The notes beneath the pieces were generated by a model. It was not told where the DNA came from, made no database searches, and worked only from the letters and a program-made list of their open reading frames with translations. From Bacteroidota bacterium (GTDB taxonomy: Bacteria > Bacteroidota > Bacteroidia > Bacteroidales > ML635J-15), in contig JAYEFQ010000134.1 in NCBI GenBank assembly GCA_034658655.1, forward strand, positions 3,463 to 67,462: 64,000 nt of DNA, written 5' to 3'. Made by a program: the position numbers and the translations under genes. This document shows, piece after piece, positions 56,205-64,000 of the stretch (within the stretch, counting starts at the first letter, position 1; every line of letters starts with the position of its first letter).

Positions 56205-57266
56205 ATGAAAAAATACATCTTTTCTACATTTATAGCGTTGCTCACAATCCTGTTAATAAGCTGTGACACAGACAAGTGGTACCACGTACCACCTAAAGCA
56301 TCTGACTATGTAGAGCACTTTCAGGCTATGGCTGAAAATCGAGGTTATGATATTGACATTGAAGAAAGCGGATTAATTATTGAATTTGGTTCAATTGAAG
56401 AAGATTTAAATTCTAAACTCTATTATGAGGATCCGATACGCATTGTCATTGACGAAAATGCTTGGAATAATTCCAACGAAGAACTTAAAGCACTTGAAAT
56501 TTACAGAAATCTTGCTTTGGGTTTTCTTAATAGACAAACACTTAATGAGAAATTTCCTAACGGAGAATGGAAAAGTTTAATGCGAGGTGAAGTATTTGAT
56601 GAAAATGATAATAAAACCTTGAATTTCTTTGGATTTCGTCAAGATCACTACATCAATGAAATGTTTTATCTGGAAACGGAAACCCCTTGGTGGGCAGATT
56701 ACACTTCATTATATGACAGTATAAGAATGCAAGATGCAGATGATGTTTTATCTGATGACGTTTCGCTTGATGACTTGGAATGGGATTATATTTCTACTGG
56801 TTTAGACATCGATTTTGAGAATGAAGAGCTCATTATAGAAAACGATAATGAATATGAAACGTCTATCTTGGCACAATTAGAGACTTACCTAAACGATGAC
56901 TTTTTTATTGAAACCATTATTAAAATTGATAATTCGGAACCTAGTACTTTTAGTGGACTGATTTGGGGCGGAGCCGGAATTAACACATTTTATGTGAATG
57001 GATATAATGATGCATGTGAAAGTAGAATGTATAATGCTGCTGAAGACTACGATTATTGTCATTTCACAGATTCCTGCTCAATAGTTATCCCCAATGGATA
57101 CAATAAAATATCCATCCGCAAAGTCAATGAAAAGTACCACTTTTTTATCAATGAAAAATTTATTTATATTACTGATATACACAAACTATATGGCAATCAA
57201 TTTGGATTTTACATTGGTGGCAATAGTACAGTACATATTAATAGACTAAGTATAAAATCGGAATGA
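56205..57266 (+). CDS. Hypothetical lipoprotein, 353 aa
   Basis: Lipobox (LLISCDT). Acidic central region. The C-terminal ~130 aa look like a lectin/jelly-roll fold (weak). No family recognised. Confidence 0.45.
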   Translation: MKKYIFSTFIALLTILLISCDTDKWYHVPPKASDYVEHFQAMAENRGYDIDIEESGLIIEFGSIEEDLNSKLYYEDPIRIVIDENAWNNSNEELKALEIYRNLALGFLNRQTLNEKFPNGEWKSLMRGEVFDENDNKTLNFFGFRQDHYINEMFYLETETPWWADYTSLYDSIRMQDADDVLSDDVSLDDLEWDYISTGLDIDFENEELIIENDNEYETSILAQLETYLNDDFFIETIIKIDNSEPSTFSGLIWGGAGINTFYVNGYNDACESRMYNAAEDYDYCHFTDSCSIVIPNGYNKISIRKVNEKYHFFINEKFIYITDIHKLYGNQFGFYIGGNSTVHINRLSIKSE

Positions 57267-57342
57267 TATTTGCTAAAGTATCCTATTTTGATTAAGAATT
57301 AAACCGAATATTAATAAACAAAAACGATTAAACCATAATCAC

Positions 57343-59985
57343 ATGAAAAAATTATTCTTTTTTATATCTGTATTACTGTTTGCCGGGGCTATTTTCAGCC
57401 AAAGTATTACCTTAACTTCTCCAAACGGAGGACAAACTTAGGCAGGATGCACAAACCAATCTATCACATGGAATTCGAGTGGAACATCAGATTATTATTC
57501 CTTGGATTATTCAACCGATAACGGTTCTTCTTGGACATCCATTACCAGTTATTACAACACAACTTCTGAATCCTATTCATGGACTGTTCCAAACACATCA
57601 TCAGGCATTTGCTTGATTCGAATTACCGACTCAAACAATTCCGGAACCAGTGATATAAGCGATGCAGTTTTCACCATTACATCTCCGCTTACCGTTTCAA
57701 CTCCGAATGGCGGAGAAACATGGGAAGGAAGTACTGCAGAAAGCATTACGTTTACAAAAAACGGAACATCAAATTATTATGATATTTCCTATTCAACTGA
57801 TGCGGGCGGAAGTAACTGGACAAATATCGCATTCAATCAAAACATTACAAGCGACTCCTATCCATGGACAGTACCTGGCTCAGTTTCACAAAACTGTTTA
57901 ATTAAAGTCACCGACAATGTTAACACCTGTAAAACAGACATGAGTAATCAGGTATTTGCAATTGGCACAGCAGCCATTGACATTACTGTTGATGCACCTG
58001 CAGGTGGCGAAGTCTGGAACGGTTGTACAACACAAACAATCAATTGGACATCCATTGGAACTTCCAACGATTATGATCTAGCTTACTCAATTGATGGCGG
58101 TGCAAACTGGACATCTATCGAAGATGATTACAACACAACACTCAATACTTACGACTGGACAATTCCAAATGAAAACTCTGCTAATTGCCTAATTCGTGTC
58201 AGAGACGCAAACAATACCAATTTTTATGGCATTTCTCCGACAGAATTTGAAATTGCAAGCGTAATTGCTGATGCAGGGGAGAATTTTGCACTGTGTATGG
58301 GCGGTAGCCAACAACTTTCAACAAACGGTGGCGTTACATATGCTTGGTTACCAACCAATGGATTAAGTGATCCAAACATTGCAAATCCAATAGCAAATCC
58401 AACATCAACAACAACTTATACCGTTTTTGTTACTGACGCAAATGGATGTACAGATTCTGATGAAATTACCATCACTGTAAATCCTATTCCGGCATCACCG
58501 GTAGCAGGAAGCAACTCCCCTGTTCCACTCAACGGAACATTGGAATTAACTGCCAGCACCGTTGCATTTGCAAATTATACATGGACAGGACCCAATGGAT
58601 ACACCTCCAACCTGCAAAATCCGGAAATCAATAATGCTAACTCTGCTTTGGATGGCACATACGAAGTCACTGCCATTGTTTATGGTTGTGAGAGTGCTCC
58701 TGCTTCCACAGCTGTTACTGTATCTGGAACACCATCAAGCATCATCCTTAATGGTGCAGTGATTACCGAAAACAACTCACCTGTCAATGGAGTCAGCCTA
58801 AACCTGACCGGTGACTTAAGTAATAGCTTTACAACTAATCCTGACGGATTATACTCTTTCGCAGTGGACAATGGCGGAGCATATGAAATTGCAGCATCCA
58901 AAAATAACGATGTCACTACAAATAATGGAGTTTCCACATTGGATATCATTCTAATGCAAAGACACATTCTCGGTGTTCAAGCTTTATCTTCACCATACAA
59001 AATTATTGCTGCTGACGTTAACCGATCAGAATCTGTGAGTACATTGGATATTCTTTACACACGTGCATTGATTCTTCAAACTTCGAATAGCTTACCCGGA
59101 GGCGACCTTTGGACATTTGTCAATAGCGATTATGTATTCCCAGATGCACAAAATCCATTCCCATATGAGCAAACTCGATTATATAGTAGTGCAACGGAAC
59201 TTGCTGATCAAAATTTCACAGGAATTAAATTGGGCGATGTCAACAACTCATGGAATAATAACATCGCAAAATCAGGAACTGAAAACTTGAACTTCAGAAT
59301 TGACAACAATAATTCAAGTTTTGGAGAAGTGATTGAGATTCCTGTTTATGCTGATAATTTTAATAACATCAGCGGATTCCAAATGAGCATTGAATGGGCA
59401 GAAAACAAACTGGAATTTGTAGAAATTGATAACCAAGCAATTGAACTATTTTTCAATTCTAATCATTTGAACAATGGCATGCTTTCTTGCCTGTGGAGTA
59501 CAGAAAATGCTAATGGCTTTGATATTGACAGTGATGACGTACTTTTCACAATGAAATTTGAAATCATTTCAGATCTAAATGAAACTGCAAGCATTAGTTT
59601 TAACTCAGTATTAACAGAATCAGAAGCATACAACCATGAACTTGACATTATGAACATTCAACTTGATGGCGGAGATATTATCCTGAACAATTACCTCTAC
59701 CTGAATGAAAATGAGATGAGCACTGTACTCAATGCCTATCCAAATCCATTCAGAGAATCAACGAGATTGGTATTTTACCTTCCTAAAGCTGCCAAAGTGA
59801 ATTTTAAGCTGTATTCTATCACAGGAAAATGCTTATGGACATATTCACAAAACTATATGAGTGGCAAGCATAGTTATGATTTTAATGGAAGGAACAAACA
59901 AGGCGAAAAGCTTTCACCCGGAACTTACATTTTACGTTTCAGAGCAAATAATACGCTTAAAAACCACAAATTGATTATTCAATAA
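57343..59985 (+). pseudogene. T9SS type-A-CTD surface protein (4 Ser/Thr-rich ~95-aa repeats, Ig-like modules, CRD-like, dockerin-like and cohesin-like modules) interrupted by an in-frame TAG at 57439-57441
   Basis: The ATG at 57343 gives the signal peptide MKKLFFFISVLLFAGAIFSQ in the same frame as the track ORF (57502-59985). The only interruption is TAG where repeats 2 and 3 have Trp (GGQT*AG versus GGETWEG and GGEVWNG). C-terminus LNAYPNPFRESTRLVFYL...LSPGTYILRF is a type-A CTD. Confidence 0.6.
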
Positions 59986-60004
59986 GGCTGAAAAGTAAAA
60001 TGTT

Positions 60005-63000
60005 ATGATTATGAAATATTTAATAAGCATATTAATCGGAATCAGCATAGGACTATCTAGTTTTGCGCAGTCCGATGCTGTGACTATCCGAATCGGATCG
60101 GACGAAGGCATTAAAGGTTCAGAAGTACTAATCCCTGTAACAGCAGAAAACTTTACGGACATTCTATCTGCTCAAGGCAGCATTGCTTTCAATGAAAGTT
60201 TATTGCAATTTATCGGGACTGAAAACTACGGACTAAGTGGCATGACAGCCTCCTCCTTTGGAACAAGTCAAACCGGTTCAGGATACTTGACATTTTCATG
60301 GTATGACGCAAGCTTAATTGGCGAATCGCTTACAGACGGAACAACACTTTTTGCTATGCGATTTGAAGTTTTGGGTAGTACTGCTCAAACAACTCCAATA
60401 CAGCTTAGCAGCGATATTACACCTGTCGAAATTGTCAATAACTTGTACAACACACTCACAGTTTACGACCAAACAGGACAAGTAAGCATTCTTGCAAATC
60501 CTAATCCAGGAGTCGAACTCAATATCGGATTTTCAAACCATTCCGTTCCTGTGGGAGAAGAAATTCTTATCCCTGTAGAAGTCTCAAACTTTGACTTAAT
60601 CACTGGAATACAAGGAAGTATAACTTGGAATCCTTCAGTGATAAGCTTTGTTTCAACAGAATCTTATAACCTAAGCGACATGGGTTCTGGAAATTTCGGA
60701 ATAAATCAAACTGCATCAGGAACGCTTACTTTTAGCTGGAATGATATCGACCTTAGCGGGGAGACTCTCACTGACGGGCAATCTGTTTTCAGCCTACGTT
60801 TTCAGGCCGTTGGCAGTACAGGAGAACAAAGCAATTTAAGCTTAGGCAATCATCCAACCGGATTAGAATTTACTGACGTATCACTTTCAAGCATAGACTA
60901 TACGACAATTCCTGGAACAATCACCATTGAAAATTCATTACCAAGTGCAGATGTTTCCCTTCTGGCAGATTCTGTTGAAGGTGGTATCGGAGCTGTAGTT
61001 CAACTTCCTGTTAGAGTAAGCGATTTCTCAGACATCATTTCCTTGCAAGGAAGTTTATCATTCGATTCTAACATTGCAGAATTTGATACTATTATTCAAT
61101 ATGGCTTACCATCATTAGCTTATGCAAATTTCGGAACCAACAACGCAAGTTTAGGAAGCTTAAGTTTCTCGTGGAACGACCCTACCCTTGCCGGAGTTAC
61201 GCTTCCATCAAATAGTGCTATTTTTGTTTTACAATTTACGCTTATTGGAAACATAAGCGACATCTCTCCATTAGATTTTGTTGAAACACCAACTTCCTTG
61301 GAATGTGTAAAGAATGATTTTACAGTATTGAGCACAAGCACAAATCCAGGACAACTTAAAATCATCGATGTATATGAACTGGAAATTACCAATGTTTCTG
61401 ATGATGAATTTTGTGCCGAAGAAAGTTTTACAATTCAATACTTTGCTGAAGGAAATTTCCTTCCCGGAAACACATTTGCACTTGAATTATCCGACAACAC
61501 AGGTGATTTTTCGAGTACGACTGTCATTGGAAGTATAATAAGCACAAGCTCCGGAAGTGTAAATGCGACACTTCCAACAAACTTGTCTTCCGGTAATTAT
61601 CAAATAAGATTAAACGCAGATATGCCAGAATACACAAGCGATATTTGGGCAACTACACTTACTATTAATGCATTACCAAATGCCAATGCAGGTTCGGACG
61701 AAGAAATTTGTCTCGGCAATTCTGTAACACTAACTGCAACAGGTGGAACAATTTACAGCTGGGATAATGGCGACAATACTGATGCAATTACTGTTAATCC
61801 TACCGTTGACACCGAATATATTGTCACTGTTGAAGATGTTTTTGGATGTCAAAATACTGACACGGTGCAAGTAATAGTACATAATTTACCAACCGCTTTT
61901 GCAGGTAACGATCAAGACATTTGTCTCGGAGAAACAATCACACTTACTGCAACCGGTGGTGTAGATTACGAATGGAGCAATGGAGATATGACAGTGAGTT
62001 CAGATATTACTCCAACCACAAACACAGAATACATTGTCACAGTTACCGATGCAAACACATGCTCAAATACCGATACAGTATTGGTTAATGTTTTTGAAGT
62101 TATTGCTGATGCAGGAACTAACGAGGACATTTGTGAAGGGGAATCCCTAACGATCACGGCAACCGGTGGAACAGATTATGCTTGGTCAAGCGGAGATAAT
62201 ACTGCTACAACAACAGTTAATCCAACAGCGGACACTGAATATTATATCACAGTTACAGGGGTGAATCTTTGTACAGATATCGATACGGTACTCGTCAATA
62301 TTTTTACACCACCTGGAATTCCTGAATTACCATTAGGAATTATAGACCGTTGTTCTTCCGCAACAACAGACACTTTTACGATTCCTTCAATAAATAATAT
62401 TAGCAATTATATTTGGGAGACAGACATCATCGATTTTGGTAGTATCTCAAGTACTGATACAATGGCAATAATCCAATGGTCAGCGAATTTTCATGGAGAA
62501 TTACAACTGTTTGTCACAGTTGAAAATATCTGCGGTAGTGCTACCTCTGAACATTTGGTAATAACAACAACAGAAACACCTAATGTAAACTTGGGTGAAA
62601 ATCAAACCATTTGTGAAGGAGACAGCACTTACCTTACGGGACCTGAAAATGCAACCTATGCTTGGTCAAACAGCTTAACAAGTCAAGGAATTTGGGTTAG
62701 TACATCAAATATTTATTGGCTTGAAGCATCAAACAACAGATGTATCAACACAGATAGCATCGAAATTTCCACATCTAATCCGGAATTTTCCTTTGCTGAA
62801 GACACAATTTACACAGATTTACCATATATATTGTATTCCGAAAGTGGATATGACTCCTATCTATGGTCATCAGGAGAAACGGAAGATAATATTACAATCA
62901 CAGAGCCGGGATGGTACACTGTAAACATGTGGAATGAATATGGTTGCGAGGTTTCAGACTCTGTTTATGTTGATGATTTAACAGGTATTGATTTACATGA

Positions 63001-63229
63001 GACATTTAGCTTTTCTGTTTATCCAAATCCGGCAAATAAAGCAATACAAATTCATGCATCGAATTATCCATGTACTGTAACGATTTACACAATTACAGGA
63101 AGGAAAATCAAACAGATACGAATTAAGGCTGACAGACAAATTAACTTAGAGAATTTCTCTCTTGGCACCTACTTAATTAAAGCGAAGACAATTAACCAAA
63201 CATCACAAAAACAATTTGTAATATTATAA
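60005..63229 (+). CDS. T9SS type-A-CTD surface protein with three tandem cohesin-like modules, followed by Ig-like C-x-G...GG..Y.W modules
   Basis: Signal peptide (GLSSFAQ). Three homologous ~135-aa modules at about 60074-60493, 60512-60919 and 60947-61369 (G.E(V/I)LIPV...Q(G)S(I/L).(F/W)(N/D)...(L/I).F...G.L(T/S)FSW.D...(L/V)F..(R/Q)F...G). Three tandem ~70-aa modules at 61669-62305. C-terminus FSVYPNPANKAIQIH...LGTYLIKA is a type-A CTD. Confidence 0.75.
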   Translation: MIMKYLISILIGISIGLSSFAQSDAVTIRIGSDEGIKGSEVLIPVTAENFTDILSAQGSIAFNESLLQFIGTENYGLSGMTASSFGTSQTGSGYLTFSWYDASLIGESLTDGTTLFAMRFEVLGSTAQTTPIQLSSDITPVEIVNNLYNTLTVYDQTGQVSILANPNPGVELNIGFSNHSVPVGEEILIPVEVSNFDLITGIQGSITWNPSVISFVSTESYNLSDMGSGNFGINQTASGTLTFSWNDIDLSGETLTDGQSVFSLRFQAVGSTGEQSNLSLGNHPTGLEFTDVSLSSIDYTTIPGTITIENSLPSADVSLLADSVEGGIGAVVQLPVRVSDFSDIISLQGSLSFDSNIAEFDTIIQYGLPSLAYANFGTNNASLGSLSFSWNDPTLAGVTLPSNSAIFVLQFTLIGNISDISPLDFVETPTSLECVKNDFTVLSTSTNPGQLKIIDVYELEITNVSDDEFCAEESFTIQYFAEGNFLPGNTFALELSDNTGDFSSTTVIGSIISTSSGSVNATLPTNLSSGNYQIRLNADMPEYTSDIWATTLTINALPNANAGSDEEICLGNSVTLTATGGTIYSWDNGDNTDAITVNPTVDTEYIVTVEDVFGCQNTDTVQVIVHNLPTAFAGNDQDICLGETITLTATGGVDYEWSNGDMTVSSDITPTTNTEYIVTVTDANTCSNTDTVLVNVFEVIADAGTNEDICEGESLTITATGGTDYAWSSGDNTATTTVNPTADTEYYITVTGVNLCTDIDTVLVNIFTPPGIPELPLGIIDRCSSATTDTFTIPSINNISNYIWETDIIDFGSISSTDTMAIIQWSANFHGELQLFVTVENICGSATSEHLVITTTETPNVNLGENQTICEGDSTYLTGPENATYAWSNSLTSQGIWVSTSNIYWLEASNNRCINTDSIEISTSNPEFSFAEDTIYTDLPYILYSESGYDSYLWSSGETEDNITITEPGWYTVNMWNEYGCEVSDSVYVDDLTGIDLHETFSFSVYPNPANKAIQIHASNYPCTVTIYTITGRKIKQIRIKADRQINLENFSLGTYLIKAKTINQTSQKQFVIL

Positions 63230-63271
63230 CAAAATGTGTACCTTTCACGTTTATTTAGAAATTATTCACAG

Positions 63272-64000
63272 GTGTCAAAGGGAAAAACAACAAATAAAAT
63301 CGCTTCATTAGAAGCTCAGATTTCAGAATTAGAAAATAAGCTTGATGCTATTTCTAGCAGCAAACCTGTTATATATAATCCTGAAAATTTAGCTTTTGGG
63401 CAGTTCGCAGAAAACATACCTGATACTGTATTGATTCATGACATGGAAGGCCAAGTGTTTTTCATTAATAATGTTGGGGTCAAAATGCTTGGATATAGCG
63501 ACAAATCTGAGATACTAGGTCGTAATTTAATCGACATGACCCCACCTGAACATATCACAGAAATAATTAAACGCAAAGAGTTGCGTGAAAAGGGAAATGA
63601 AAAATCTCAAAAATACATACTTGAAGTTTTTAGTAAAGACAAAAAAAGAATACCAGTTGAAGCACAATCGAGCCTGATTTCTTACAAAGACAAAAAATTC
63701 ATTTTTGTGACTCTTCATGATATTACCGAACAAAAAAAACTTGAAACGGAACGACAAAATATTCAAAACCGATTACAACGTGCCGAAAACATTGCGAACA
63801 TAGGAAATTGGGAATTTGATTTAAACAACAATCGCGTTAATACATCGGCTGTAGCACAACAAATTTATGGTTTATCAAAGCCTGAAATGACGATTACAGA
63901 TGTTCAAAAAATACCGCTTCCACGGTATAGAGATTACCTCGACAAAACATTAAAGGCACTTATAAACGATGGGAAAGCTTATAATGTTAGCTTTAAAATT
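63272..64000 (+). CDS. PAS-domain sensor protein, N-terminal part (3' end outside the window; not in the ORF track because no stop is reached)
   Basis: The frame is open from 63230 to the window end. FGQFAENIPDTVLIHDMEGQVFFINNVGVKMLGYS...RNLIDMTPPEH...KKRIPVEAQSSLISYKDKKFIFVTLHDITEQKKLE is a PAS fold, followed by a second PAS start (ANIGNWEFDL). The start is uncertain (GTG at 63272 or 63236). Confidence 0.6.
   Translation, partial: MSKGKTTNKIASLEAQISELENKLDAISSSKPVIYNPENLAFGQFAENIPDTVLIHDMEGQVFFINNVGVKMLGYSDKSEILGRNLIDMTPPEHITEIIKRKELREKGNEKSQKYILEVFSKDKKRIPVEAQSSLISYKDKKFIFVTLHDITEQKKLETERQNIQNRLQRAENIANIGNWEFDLNNNRVNTSAVAQQIYGLSKPEMTITDVQKIPLPRYRDYLDKTLKALINDGKAYNVSFKI

Noticed and set aside
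57439-57441. In-frame TAG as evidence of stop-codon reassignment or pyrrolysine-type recoding
   Set aside because: TAG clearly terminates other genes here (adhesin at 7644-7646, PorE-like gene at 27740-27742). No other long ORF in the window needs TAG read-through. The codon replaces a conserved TGG, so a point mutation or error is the simplest explanation.

Overview
64-kb chromosomal window from an AT-rich Bacteroidota genome, Flavobacteriia- or Cytophagia-like by gene content. I support about 40 protein genes and one tRNA-Phe(GAA). I saw no rRNA, CRISPR array, transposase, integrase or phage genes. The main theme is the type IX secretion system (T9SS). (1) A giant SprB-repeat adhesin with a type-B C-terminal sorting domain (CTD), cut by the 5' window edge, is followed by two tandem PorP/SprF genes. 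(2) A PKD-repeat type-B-CTD adhesin lies divergent from a PorP/SprF, PorE(PG1058)-like OmpA and lipase operon. (3) There is a PorW/SprE-like lipoprotein, PorX and TsaE operon. (4) Three type-A-CTD substrates are present, and two adjacent ones carry one dockerin-like and four cohesin-like modules. Housekeeping genes include pepD, crcB, glmS, fabD, folE, mqnB, mqnD, yggS, tsaE, two RNA methyltransferases and a MoxR ATPase. Most worth a second look: the cohesin/dockerin-like pair; a 1077-aa single-chain fusion of HcnA/B/C-like redox modules; an exact 969-nt higher-order repeat inside the adhesin gene; three disrupted ORFs within 12.5 kb (one TGG->TAG, two homopolymer frameshifts); and several families of short intergenic repeats built from recurring words, found in at least eight spacers. 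All calls come from reading the sequence and recalling family signatures. No database search was run. Coordinates I derived myself (tRNA, repeats, hairpins) may be off by 1-2 nt.
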